DNA of 64,000 nucleotides from Neocallimastix sp. 'constans' (taxonomy: Eukaryota). This document shows, one piece after another, positions 45,862 to 60,400 of this stretch (within the stretch, counting starts at the first letter, position 1; every line of letters begins with the position of its first letter). The notes under the pieces were generated by a model that worked only from the letters and a program-made list of their open reading frames with translations, was not told the origin of the DNA and did not search any database. The DNA is taken from positions 310,001 through 374,000 of the forward strand of contig JBODTK010000141.1 in NCBI GenBank assembly GCA_050613775.1. The letters are read 5' to 3'. Both the position numbers and the translations under genes were made by a program.

Positions 45862-46923
45862 ATGAATAACAATAACAATAGTGATATCACTAATTATAAT
45901 AGTAGAAATAATAACGATATAAGTAATTATAATATTAGAAACATTAATACTAACGATATCAGTAATTGTAATATTAGAAACAATTGCAATAACAATATAA
46001 GTAATTGTAACAATAGAAATAACAATACTAACGATATCAATAATAATAATAACAACAATAGCAATAATAATAACGAGGATAATATAGTAATAAAAATGAT
46101 CAATAATAGAAATAGGCATAACCATTTGAAAAAAGAAAGTATTCGTAAAAGAGTATTTGAAATTATTGAAGTGGCTGAGAGTGGTGACTACATAAGTTTG
46201 TTTTATGATATGTTAATGATTGTTTCTATTATAGTCAGTTTAATTCCTTTGGCTTTTAAAACTTCTCTTAAATTATTTAACGTTACTGATATTATCACCA
46301 CCATTCTTTTTATCATGGATTATAGTTTAAGATTTATTACTGCGGATTTTAAACTAAAGAAGGGACCTATAAAATCTTTCCTTATGTATCCATTTACATT
46401 ATGGGCAATTATAGATTTATTATCTATTTTACCATCAGTAACACTTTTATATTCTCAATTTAAAATGCTCAGAATTTTCATTATGATAAGAACACTTAAA
46501 ATTATTAGAGTATTCAAAACATTTAGATATTCAAAAAGTATAAATATTATTTCAAAAGTTATTAAAAATTCAAAGCATCCATTAATGGCTGTAGGTAGCC
46601 TTGCAGTTGGTTACGTTTTAACATCAGCTCTTATTATATTTAATGTTGAAAGTGACTCTTTTGATTCATTTTTTGATGCAGTATATTGGGCAACAGTTTC
46701 TTTAACAACTGTAGGTTATGGTGATATTTATCCAGTAACAACGGAAGGAAGAGTAATTGCGATGATTTCATCACTATGTGGAATTGCATTAGTTGCTTTG
46801 CCAGCTGGTATTATTACTGCAGGTTATATGGATTCTTTAAATGAAATGGATAGAAGAAGAAAAGCAGCTTCCTCAGCATCATTAACTTCAGATACTTTCA
46901 CCATAGAAAATAGAGAAATTTAA
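45862..46923 (+). CDS. 6TM voltage-gated-type potassium channel, prokaryote-like, with Asn-rich N-terminus
   Basis: Pore helix and filter DAVYWATVSLTTVGYGDIYP; S4-like KMLRIFIMIRTLKIIRVFKTFRY; S3 AIIDLLSILP; S6 LPAGII; no introns. Confidence 0.95.
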   Translation: MNNNNNSDITNYNSRNNNDISNYNIRNINTNDISNCNIRNNCNNNISNCNNRNNNTNDINNNNNNNSNNNNEDNIVIKMINNRNRHNHLKKESIRKRVFEIIEVAESGDYISLFYDMLMIVSIIVSLIPLAFKTSLKLFNVTDIITTILFIMDYSLRFITADFKLKKGPIKSFLMYPFTLWAIIDLLSILPSVTLLYSQFKMLRIFIMIRTLKIIRVFKTFRYSKSINIISKVIKNSKHPLMAVGSLAVGYVLTSALIIFNVESDSFDSFFDAVYWATVSLTTVGYGDIYPVTTEGRVIAMISSLCGIALVALPAGIITAGYMDSLNEMDRRRKAASSASLTSDTFTIENREI

Positions 46924-46928
46924 ATAGA

Positions 46929-46962
<34 letters not shown>

Positions 46963-47204
46963 AAATTCTATTATTTATTTTATTTATATTTATATTTTAT
47001 TTATATATTTTAATTTATAATGTATCTCCATCTATTTTAAAATATCGTTTTTTTTTTTTAAATAATTTTTAACTTTTTTTTTATATTAAAATGACTAGTT
47101 TCATAAATTATTATTATTATATATAAATTTTCATAATTTTTATTTATTTTATAAAAATATATTTCTATGTTATATACCCGTACTTTTAATTTATTTAATT
47201 TGAT

Positions 47205-47244
<40 letters not shown>

Positions 47245-47298
47245 ATATAGTTAGTATATAAAATTTTATAAAATAATAAGAAAAAGAAAAATAAATAA

Positions 47299-47334
<36 letters not shown>

Positions 47335-48643
47335 TCAGTAAAACAGTTAATGAATAATAATAATAATAATAATAATAGTAACAGAGAAAAGAGAAGAAAA
47401 GAAAAGAAAAGAAGAAAATGAAACAGAAAAATAGTAAAAAAATTATCAAATATTATACTAAATAGCTTAATTTTTTTTTTTTTTTTTTAAGTTATAAATT
47501 TTTTTTTATTTAATAAAAATCTTCAGATATATATATAAAAAATTATTATTATTTATTTAAATTATTATTTTTATAATTTATTTTTATAATTTTAATAATA
47601 ATAATGATAATAATAAAAATAATATTAAAAAAAAAAAATGATGGTGATATTTTTTGTTCTAATAAAAAACAAAAAAAACAAAAAAAAAAAAATAATAATG
47701 ATGCTAAATAAAATAAAATAAAATAATAGGGTTAATTAAATTTACTAAAGATATTATCCAAGAAATAAACAACAAAAATAAAAAATAACTATAATAATAA
47801 GTAAAAAGAAAAAAAAAAAATTATTCGTGTTAATAAGAAAAAAAAATAAAGAAACTTTGAAAATATAAAAAAATTTTAAAAAAAAAGCAAAAACAAAGCA
47901 AAGGAAATACAAATAAAAATTTAATAATAAAACGATATAAAAAATTATAATTTCAAAGTAAAAAGATAAAAAACAAACAAACAAACGAAAAATCATAAAG
48001 AAATCAAAGCAAACAAGCAAACAGAAAAATTATTTAAAAAGAAAATGTAATAAACATTAAACTAAGATCCATATAATATAGAATTAAATTTAGAAATATG
48101 AAAAAAAAAAAAAAAAAAAAAGTAAAGAAAACATTTTCAAAGGTAATACAAACAAAAACTAAACCAAACAAAACAAAAAACAACAACAACAACAACAACA
48201 ACAACAAAAAAAAAAAAAAAAAAAAAAAAAAAAGATATTGAAAAAATATGAAAAAAAAAAAAAAATAAAATAAAATAAAATAAAATAAAATAAATAAATA
48301 AATAATAAAATAATAAAATAATAAAATAATAAAATAATAAAATAATAAAATAATAAAATAATAAAATAATAAAATAATAAAATAATAAAATAATAAAATA
48401 ATAAAATAATAAAATAATAAAATAATAAAATACAAATAAAAAATTATTATTAATCAAAAACAAAGCAAAACAAACAAAAAAAAAAAGTGAAAAGTAAAAT
48501 AAAAAAAATTTTTTTTTTTTTTTTCTATGATCTAATAACAATAATTAATAATTAAATAATTTAATAATTTAATAATTGTTAACAATTATTTTTTAATAAT
48601 TATTATAAAATTTAAATAGATATATATATATTTTTTTACTTTG

Positions 48644-48684
<41 letters not shown>

Positions 48685-49056
48685 GATTGGATGTATAAAA
48701 ATTGTTATTAAATGTGGTGGATTTAAAATTTGATGTGAAACCTTAAAATATATATATATATATATATATACATTATTAAAGTATTATTAAAGAATGAAAG
48801 AATAATTGTATATATATATTTATTTTTATTTTTATTTTTATTTTTTTATTTTTTATTTTTTTTTTTTTTTTTTATAAAAGATTTCCTTCCTTTCTTTCTT
48901 TTTTAGACTAGACGGAAATAACGTTAAATTACAATGCAATACAATAACAATACCATTATTATAAAATATTTTATTTTATTTTATTTAATATATTTAATTT
49001 ATAAATTTATTCTTTATTTCCAAGTTTTTTTTTTTTTCTTTTTTTTTTTTCTTTTT

Positions 49057-49096
<40 letters not shown>

Positions 49097-49784
49097 AGTA
49101 TTTTTTATTATTTAAATTATGTTTCTTTATTTTTTTTTTTCTTCTTCTTCTTCTTCTTTCTTCTTTCTTTTTCCTTTTACCCTAAATAGGTTATATTTAT
49201 ATAGGTTATTTTCTTATTTCATGTTTCTTTTTTTTTTTTATTAATTTATATATATATATATTTACTTAGGTATCCACTTCAGTAATGAATTCTTTTCCCT
49301 TGAACCTCTATTATCACTTATATATGAATACTAAAGTTAGAAAAATTCTTATTTTTACTTTCTCTAAGTTGTTTTTTTTTTTTTATTTTTATTTTTTTTC
49401 TATATCCAATAATAAAAAGTTCCATTAACATTTAAAAAAAGATTCTATTATTCATTTATATATTATTTAACAAAGTACTATTATTTTACTTCACTTTTTT
49501 TTTTTTTTTTTTTTTTTTTTAAAGTTTAAGCAAAAAAAAAAAAAATTCTAAAAAAAAAAATGTAAAATCCTTAATTAACACTGCCTTGTTATGGTGTATT
49601 TATATATTTCTGATATTCTGATTCCTTGAACAAGGAAAATTATCTTAACATTGAAAAGAAGAAGAAGACAAAAAAAAAATGTTAAGAATTATATCAAAAG
49701 GAACTCAACGGTTAAGTGGTTTTATGTCTTTATCTCGAGATCATCAAAATCTTTACAATTTATTGTTTTTTTTTTTTTTTTTTT

Positions 49785-50040
49785 CAAGAAAAATCTAACA
49801 AAAATTTTTAAAAAAAAAAAAAATTCACTGATGCTCTCTACAAGAAAAATCTAACAAAAATTTTTAAAAAAAAAAAAATTTAAAAAAATTTCTGGTGCTA
49901 TCTACAAGAAAAATTTTAAAAAAAAATTTAAAAAAATTTGCTGGTGCTATCTACAAGAAAAAATTTTTTAAAAAAAAAAAAAAATTCAATGGTGCTCTCT
50001 ACAAGAAAAAAAAATTTAAAAAAAATTTTAAAAAAAAATT
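49785..50040. repeat. Array of a 21-bp core separated by A/T tracts
   Basis: ctg(a/g)tgct(c/a)tctacaagaaaa at about 49828, 49892, 49941 and 49989, plus a partial copy at 49785. Confidence 0.85.
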
Positions 50041-50382
50041 TAATTAGTATGTCATTGCCTACCGCTTTGCTGTTCAAGAATAGGCTAGATACCGATATGA
50101 ATGATAATAAATAATTATAATTATAAATAATTATAATAATAATAATAATAATAATAAATTATATATAAAAATTTTTATACTAATATATAAATTATATATA
50201 TATAGTATTGAAAAAACCAATATAAAAACAAAATAAAAAAAAAAAAAAAAAAAAAATAGGAAAAATAAATTAAAATTTTTGAATGAAAGTAGGTAGATTT
50301 GAGACATAAGAATAAAGTGTGAAAAAATTATTACTAATACTATGACTACTACTATTACTGTTATTATTATTATTATTATTAC

Positions 50383-50413
<31 letters not shown>

Positions 50414-50587
50414 GTTATTATTATTATTAAAAATTTTAATGAATGAATCATTCCTTATACATTTTAATATTGATAATATATATATATATAACCTAAAATT
50501 AAATTAATGTTTTTATATTAAAAATTATGAATAAAAAAATAATTATTGATAAAATTACAAAACATTAATAATTAGTTAAAAAAAATT

Positions 50588-50633
<46 letters not shown>

Positions 50634-50705
50634 CTTAAATAACCAAAAATGAAACAAAAAATAAAAAAAAAAAAAAAAAAAAAAAAAAAGATATCTAAAA
50701 ATTAA

Positions 50706-50744
<39 letters not shown>

Positions 50745-51084
50745 ATATATATTTTAATTAAAAATAAAAATCTAAAATTAAAATAATATTTATAACTTTA
50801 AACAATTAAAACTATTAATATAAATAAAATAAATAAAAAAATAAATAAGTAAAAAATAAAAAAAAAAAAAAAAATAAATATAATATTATAGAGATTAATA
50901 TTTAAAAATAAAAAAAAAAAAAAAAAAAAAAAATTAAAATTAGGTTAAAGATATAATATTTTTACTTGATATACTTTCATATAATAATATAATTTTTTAT
51001 ACACCTAAAAGAAAATCAAAATACTTTTCTTTTTATTCATCTAATTATAAATTGTTAAAGAATAATAATAATAATAATAATAAT

Positions 51085-51117
<33 letters not shown>

Positions 51118-52153
51118 AATGATATTATATACTATATAGATAGATAGGTGGATGGATAGATGGATAAATGGATAAATAGGTAAATAAATAAAAAAAAATT
51201 TAAGCAAAAAATAAGCAATTCAAGAAAAAACTACTTAATAATTGGTATAATTGTATATTATAATATTGGTTAAGAAAAAGTTTATCTTTTTTATAATTAA
51301 TGTAACATTCAACTTTTATTATTTTAATTTTTTTTTTTTTTTTTTATTTTTTGATTATTTTAAAAAAAAAAATAAAAAAAAAAGTTAAGATAAAAAAAGA
51401 AAATACATAAAAAAAAAAAAAAAAAAAAAAAAAAGAAAAGAAAATGCATTATTATATATAAATATATATATTTATATAATTTTCTTTTATTTTTAATAAT
51501 TAAAATAATTATTACTAACAATAATATTTTTCATTTTTTTTTTTATAGCCGCAATTATTGCGAAACTTTAATAACAAAATATGTATTAAAATTTTTGAAA
51601 ATTTTATAATCCTATAAATTTTAAAAAATATATATATAAATAAAAATATACTTTAAATAAATTTTATTTAAAAAAAAAAAAAAAAAAAAAATTAAAGGAA
51701 CTTTTTTTTTTTTATTGTATGTATATAATTTTATAAAATAAAATATAAAATATATATATATATTTAATTATATAATTAGAACACATACTTTTTTTTTTTT
51801 TTTTTTTTTTTTATGAGTTAACATCTAATATAATAAAATAAAATCATTGAAAATTTAACATTAATCAATATGAGTTTTTTTCCTTTTTTTTTTTTAAAAA
51901 AAAAAAAGTTTTCGTTTAAATATACGTATGTATAAATATTTGTTTATTTGTGCTGTTAAGTATTATTATGATAGGATATAAATATTTTTATTTTATGCAT
52001 AATACATATATATATAAATTCAATGAAATAAAAAAAAATTAATAAATTAATAATTAGTAATTTTTGCTTTTTTATACAATTTGTAAATATTAGTTCAAAT
52101 TTTTTAATCTTTATAAACTATTTTTTGAATTATATATAATCTATTATTAAATA

Positions 52154-52198
<45 letters not shown>

Positions 52199-52977
52199 TT
52201 AAATTTAAAAATAATAGATATGATGATATGATATGATATGATACTATTAAAATCATCATTACTTTATAAAAAAAAAAAAAAAAAAAAAAAAAAGGAAATT
52301 CATAGTTAAAGAATTAATTCATAATTAGTTTTTTATCTACCATAAAAATTTTTTTTACTTCATAAATCTATTGAAATACAAAAAAGATATTAAAAACTGA
52401 TTTTATCTAATTATATTAATTTTATTTAATTCTTTTTTTTCTTCTTCTTCTTCTTATTATTATTATTATATATTATTGTTCTTTATTATTATTATCGTTA
52501 ATTATTATTATTATCATTAATTATTATTATTTATCATTATTATTATTATTAGTAGTAATTGTAGTTGTAGTATATTGCTTTTAATATTATTATTATTAAT
52601 TTATTTATTTATAATTAATATACATATCTTTATATTTAAAAAAAAAAAAATAAAAATAAAAATCTTTATAAAAAAAAATGTATATAATACATAAATATAT
52701 TTATGTATAATGATGTATGACATATATAAGCATTGAATATAAATAATAATATAATTGATATTTTTATATAGTTAACAATTTTTATATATATTAATACATA
52801 AATATAAATATAAATAAAAAAAAATTTTTTTTTTAATGGCGTGTGCCACAAAACACACTTTTTTTTTTTTTCAAAAAAATTTAACAAAAATAAAAAAAAT
52901 TTTTTTTTTTTATGTTTTGAACTATTCCACACACACATGTATAATTTTAAAAAAAAAATTTTTTTTTAGTCAAAACT

Positions 52978-53037
<60 letters not shown>

Positions 53038-54889
53038 ATATAAAATCGTTTTAAATAGAATGAAGCATTAATGAATCAACCCAATTAAAGTTAAAATAAT
53101 AAAAAAAAAAAAATACATATTTAAATAATATATATTATCTTTTTATTAATAATATTTTAATTCATGATATGTAGTAGAATTCATTTCGTATTTTATACTA
53201 TTCGAGATAGAATAGAATAAAAATAGTATTTAAAATAAATATAATAATAACAATAATAATAATATATATATATATATTTTAATCTTATTCTTTTTTAATT
53301 TTCATTTAATTTTTTTATATATATTCTTTTTTTAATTTTATAATTTTTGTTTTTAATGTTCTAATGATGTAATGTTTAATAATATCACTTTTTTTTTTTT
53401 TTTTTTTTTCTCTATTGTATAAAATTATTATTATTATTATTATTATTATCATTATTTCTATAAATAATTAAAAGGAATAACTATAGGAATAAAAATCAAA
53501 TCAAATAAAAATAAGAAAAGAATTAAAAGAATAATAGATTTTAATAATAAGTAATAATTAATAATTTCAAATATTCAAAATTTTGATTTTTATTTCATTA
53601 TGATTATCCAATAATGAAATAATAAAATTAATAATTTAAATAAAAAAAAAAAAGATTAATATTTATTAATTATAATTCATTATTAAAAATTTCTATTGAA
53701 TTTCATATTATTTGATTATAATTTTAAAATATAATTTTATATATAAATTTTATTTATAGATATTTACTAAATATTCCTTTATAATAAATTTATTTATACA
53801 TAAATTATAAATATTAAATTTATATTATTTATTATTTATTAATTATTTATTTACTATTTATTTATTTATTTAAACCCCTTTAAAAAAAAAAAAAAAAAAA
53901 GATTTATAACATAATAAAATTTAGATAATCTTTTTTGATATTATAAATGATTAGTATATTACATTATATTTTATTATATTATAATTAAATAGTATTAATA
54001 ACATAAAAATTTAAATTAATAGATTTGAACATAATGAGTAAAATGAGAATTAAAATATTAATAAATAAGAATAAGAATATTTAATAAATAATTAATAATA
54101 AATAATAAATAATAAATAATAAATAATAAATAATAAATAATAAATAATAAATAATAAATAATAAATAATAAATAATAAAATTGAATAATTGAATAATAAG
54201 AGTACGTATTAATAAATAATTGAATAATTGATTAATAAATATTAAATGGATAATGGATAATAAATAATAATTTATAAGTTAAATATGTAAATTATTATTA
54301 ATTCTGATGTTAATAGACATGTTTATTATAATTATTTATTGATATTATTCAAGAGTATTTTTAATAATTTATTGGTTAGCTGACCTATAAATTTTTTTTT
54401 ATTTTATATAAAATAATTATATCTCCATCTCCATCTTTTTGCAATTATTAAAAAAATAAAAAAAAATAAAAAAAAAGAGTTTAAGGGTCATTTTTAATTT
54501 TAATTCCAATTTCAAATTTATCAATATATTTATATTTATACTTAATATATATTTATATATAAATGCAATATATATAATTGTATTCTCTATATATACTGTT
54601 CTATATATCTATACGGTTTTTCGTTTTTTTTTTTTTTTGTTTCCTTTTTATTTATTTAAACTAATATTATTTATACATTGATATTTTTAATGGCTTAATA
54701 GTGACCTAGAGAAATTTTATTTAAGCATTCATTTATTTTAGTTGGAAAAGTTTTTCCCTTTTGTTAAGTATCAACTAATATAAACAAAAATAACTTAATT
54801 ATTAACCAATAAAATAAGTTTAATAATTTTTTTATTCAAAAATGAATAATTTATCAAAATAATACAAATAAAATTATTATTTATTATTC

Positions 54890-55136
54890 ATTTATTTATT
54901 ATTTATTATTTATTATTTATTATTTATTATTTATTATTTATTATTTATTATTTATTATTTATTATTTATTATTTATTATTTATTATTTATTATTTATTAT
55001 TTATTATTTATTATTTATTACTCATTTTTATTTATTACTTATTTTTAATAATTTATTATTAATCATTTATTATTTATTATTTATTATTTATTATTTATTA
55101 TTTATTATTTATTATTTATTATTTATTATTTATTAT
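54890..55136. repeat. (TTTATTA)n microsatellite
   Basis: 7-bp period; similar tracts at 54095-54180 (opposite strand) and 59860-60060. Confidence 0.9.
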
Positions 55137-55501
55137 TGTTTTTGTTTTTGTTTTTGATACTGTTATTTCTATTGCTATTACTTGTTATTATTTATTATTA
55201 TTATTATTATTATTACTATTATTATTATTATTTAATATATAATTATGAAATAAAATTTAGGATATTTTTTTTTTTTTAAATTATCATTTTATTTTTCTCA
55301 AAATCAAAAACAAACACAAAATAAATTAGTTTAAAGTATATAGATATATAAACTAATAAATTATCCAATGAAACAAAAAAAAATTTTTTTTTCTTTTTAT
55401 TTTATTTTATTTTATTTTATTAAGACAAATTTCCTTTTAATTTTAATTTTATTTTTAATTTTAATTTTAATTTTAATTATTATTATTATTATTATTTATT
55501 A

Positions 55502-55537
<36 letters not shown>

Positions 55538-55987
55538 TACTCTCGATATCTTGTTCATGATTAACAAATAAAAAGAAAAAAAGAAATTTTTTTTATTATA
55601 TAATTCCTTAATTATTATAATAATTAATATTATTATTATAAGCATGATTAAGGTTAATATATAAGTTTATTTTTTTATTTTATTTTATTTTATTTTATTT
55701 TATTTTATTTTTTATTTTTTTTTTTTTTGTAAAAAAAAATAAAAATTATCATTTCTTAAAAAAGCCAAAAAGATAAAAGAAGAAAATTTGAGGATCATCC
55801 ATTTATGAAAAATTCTTTTTAAATTAAAAATATTTAAATTTATCTTAAATACATTAAAAAAAAAATTAATTGAATAACTTTAAAAATTTTTTTTTATGTT
55901 ATAATAATACAAAAATAATAATAATAATAATAAAAAAAAAAATAAAAATAAATAAATTTACTTTAATTATTAAATAATAAATAGTAA

Positions 55988-56172
55988 ATTTTTATTTTAT
56001 TTTATTTTATTTTATTTTATTTTATTTTATTTTATTTTATTTTATTTTATTTTATTTTATTTTATTTTATTTTATTTTATTTTATTTTATTTTATTTTAT
56101 TTTATTTTATTTTATTTTATTTTATTTTATTTTATTTTATTTTATTTTATTTTATTTTATTTTATTTTATTT
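55988..56172. repeat. (TTTTA)n microsatellite
   Basis: Perfect 5-bp period. Confidence 0.92.
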
Positions 56173-56461
56173 TTATTTGGAAAAATAAATCTATTTTTAA
56201 GAAATAACATTATTATTATAATTAATTAATTAATTGATTGATTAATTATTTTTTATTTCATTAAATATACTTAATTATCTTTATTTATTATAAATTCAAG
56301 TTATCAATTGAAATTATAACATTATATTTTAATTATATTTTAATCAATTTTATAATATATGTTATAAATACATTTATTATTTTTTTTTTATTTTCTCATT
56401 TTTATTTTTTCATTCTTTTAATAAATTTAATAAAGAGTTTATAGAGTGATTGAAAATTACG

Positions 56462-56504
<43 letters not shown>

Positions 56505-56778
56505 AATTAATCTAATTGACTTTTTATTTTTTTTTTTGTCAATGAATTATTTTATATAATTATATATATAAAGAAGAAAAAGGAGAAAATAAAAAAAAAA
56601 TAATTCAAATTATTATTATTAAATTATTTATAATTAATTAATAATTAATTAATAAATTATAAATATCAATGAATAACAATTAATTAATTAGATTAATTAG
56701 TAATAATTAATAAATAGTTATTTTTTGTTATAATAATTAGTAATTAATAATTATCAACTAATAATTTAATAACTAAAT

Positions 56779-57467
56779 AATAAATAATAAATATAAATAA
56801 AAAAAGAAAATAATAAATAATCCTTTCAATAATAAATAATAAAAGTATTTATTAATAAATAATAAATATAAATAAAAAAAGAAAATAATAAATAATCCTT
56901 TCAATAATAAATAATAAAAGTATTTATTAATAAATAATAAATATAAATAAAAAAAGAAAATAATAAATAATCCTTTCAATAATAAATAATAAAAGTATTT
57001 ATTAATAAATAATAAATATAAATAAAAAAAGAAAATAATAAATAATCCTTTCAATAATAAATAATAAAAGTATTTATTAATAAATAATAAATATAAATAA
57101 AAAAAGAAAATAATAAATAATCCTTTCAATAATAAATAATAAAAGTATTTATTAATAAATAATAAATATAAATAAAAAAAGAAAATAATAAATAATCCTT
57201 TCAATAATAAATAATAAAAGTATTTATTAATAAATAATAAATATAAATAAAAAAAGAAAATAATAAATAATCCTTTCAATAATAAATAATAAAAGTATTT
57301 ATTAATAAATAATAAATATAAATAAAAAAAAAAAATAATAAATAATCCTTTCAATAATAAATAATAAAAGTATTTATTAATAAATAATAAATATAAATAA
57401 AAAAAGAAAATAATAAATAATCCTTTCAATAATAAATAATAAAAGTATTTATTAATAAATAATAAAT
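56779..57467. repeat. 75-bp minisatellite, about 9 near-perfect copies
   Basis: tcctttcaat recurs every 75 bp from 56821 to 57421; source of spurious ORF 56773-57429. Confidence 0.95.
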
Positions 57468-60400
57468 AATAAATAATAAATAATTAAATAGATTATAAAT
57501 AATAAATGATAAATGATAAATAATTAAATAATAATTAGTATTTAAATAAATTTTAATTTTTTATTTTCTGTATAAAGTAATAACCACAAATAAAAAAAAA
57601 AATAAAGTAAAAATAACAAAAAACAAATTAAAAAAATAAATAAACAAAATAAATAAACAAAATAAATAATAAATTAATAATGAAATAAAAAAAATTTTGA
57701 TATTTTTTAATCTATTCTAATATATATAATCTAATTTATTATTGATTGTTTTTCAATTGAATAAGATTAATTATTTTTAATTATTTAATATCATAATTAT
57801 TATAATTTTATTTATATTAATTATTCTATTTTATTAATTAATCAGTTATTATTATTGTAATATTATTATAATTATTTAATTATTCTCTAATTATTCTATC
57901 ATTATTCTATAATTGATTAATTGGATTAATTAAAAGTAAATACATATATATATAAATAAATTAATATAAATAGAATTAAATAAATTATACCAGAAAAAAA
58001 GAAAACTTTTTTTTATCTTTTACTTATTTAGGATAAATAAACAAATAAATAAATAAATAAATAAATAAAAAGATACAGAAATAGATAAATATATATAAAA
58101 GTATATTTAATTAATTATTTATTTTATTTACATCAATGGTTGGTTCATCCATCATCAATGAATATTTTAATTATCTATATAGGTATAAATATAAATTTAT
58201 TATAATATCAAAATTTAAATAATAATAATAATAATAATTTAAATAATAATAATAATAATTTTAATAATAATAATAATTATTATTATAATAGTAATAAATA
58301 ATATAATAACAATTATAAGTAATGAACAATTCATTGAATTATAAGAATTTAAAAAAAATAGTTCTTTTTTTCAATAATTCAAATATAAGTCTGTCAATTT
58401 TAACCTTTTAAAGTCCTTTTTTTTTCATTTTAGTTAAAAAAGGACAAGACTAAACCACCAACATTTGCTTCATATATAACAAATTATTAAAGAAAATAAA
58501 AAAAATTTTTTTAATAATTTTATTCTAAAGTAAATAAATTTTAATGGCTAATTTATTTATTCATTCATTTATATTTAATAATAAATAAAATAATAATTAA
58601 ATAAATAATTGATTGATTTATTATTTATTTATTTATTATATAAATTAAATTTTTCTTGTAACGGCTTATTTCAAAAATTAAAAAAAGTATAAAAAAAAAG
58701 GTTAATCTATTTTATTTTATTTATTTATTTATTTATATATTCATTTCTATTAATACTTATATATTTATATATATTAGATTACATTAAGATGGATTAAATA
58801 ATCTATCATTATTTAATATATCTGTTTTGAAGATCTATTTATGGAACATTGATATAATATATAATTAATTATTTATTGAATACTATTACAATAATAGTAA
58901 TAAAAAAATTATAAATTATAAATAATAAATTTTTAGTAATATATTATCAGAATATCATAAGAATAAGATTAATAAAAAAAAAAAAAAAAAAAAAAAAAAA
59001 TCAATAAACTTTATATTTAAAAAAAATTTTTTTAAAGTTTTTTTCTGCCTTTTTTTTTAAAAGTTTTTATTCCGATTTTCTTTTTCTTTTTCTTTTTTTT
59101 TTTTTTTAATTATTATTATTTTATATTTTATATTTTATTTTATTTATTTTATTTATTTTATTTTTTTTAAATGGATGAAAATTAAATATATAAATTAAAT
59201 ATATAAATTATATATAATATAAAATATATAAAATATAAAATATAAAATATAACATATAACATATAAATAATATATAAAATAAAGTATATAAAATATAAAA
59301 TATAAATAAATATAAAGTATATAGAAATAATAAGAAAAAGAATAAGAATAAGAATCTCCCTATATAAAAATAAACCATATTAATAAATCATAAAAAATAT
59401 AATTATATAAAAAAAAATCTAGCACGAATATCTAATACTTTCTAAAGTATTAGATGTTATGCATATATGACAAAATTTAAAATTAAAAATAAATATATAT
59501 TTATATATATATATATCAAAGGCGTTAAATTATATAATTAAAGAGTAACTATAGTCAATTTATATCCTATCCAGTTCCATTAACATCATTTTGATTCATC
59601 CCAATAGATAGATTGATATATAAAAACATAAAAGTATATAAATATATGTTTTTATATATATATATTTAATATTAGAAATTAACTAATTCATTACCTACAT
59701 CCATCTACCATATTTTTAAAGTCATTCTATACAATACAATATTCTTTATATATATATAATTTTTCATTTATTCTACATATTCTATATAGAATGGATGGTG
59801 AAATATATAAAAATTGCAGAATTCTATAAAAATATAGAAAATAAAAAATATATAAAATTTTTATTATTTATTATTTATTATTTTTATTTATTATTTATTA
59901 TTTATTATTATTTATTATTTATTATTTATTATTTATTATTTATTATTTATTATTTATTATTTATTATTTATTATTTATTATTTATTATTTATTATTTATT
60001 ATTTATTATTTATTATTTATTATTTATTATTTATTATTTATTATTTATTATTTATTATTCAATTATTTATTATTTATTATTTAATTATTTATTATTTATT
60101 ATTAATAATTCCTTAATAATTATTTCGTATTCTATCAATCTATTAATATTTTCAATATAAATTAATATATATTCAAATTTATTCTATAATAATTAAATAA
60201 TAAAATTTAATTTTTTTTTATTTTTATTTAACTTTTTTTATAAAGTAAAATAAAAAAACAGCCATAAAAACTTTATTTTCTTTTTATTTCTGCTTTTCAT
60301 CTTACTTCCTTTCTTCTATTTTCAATTTTCTATAATTTTTTTTTTTTATTTTTTATTTTTAACATTCATTTCTCTTCCATTTCTCTAATTCCTATATTTA

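Noticed and set aside
49785..50040. CRISPR-like repeat/spacer appearance
   Set aside because: Spacers are related A/T homopolymers, there are no cas genes, and the context is eukaryotic.
47195..60160. Numerous short F/Y/I/L/K-rich ORFs including the 218-aa repeat ORF at 56773-57429
   Set aside because: Derived from homopolymers and satellites.
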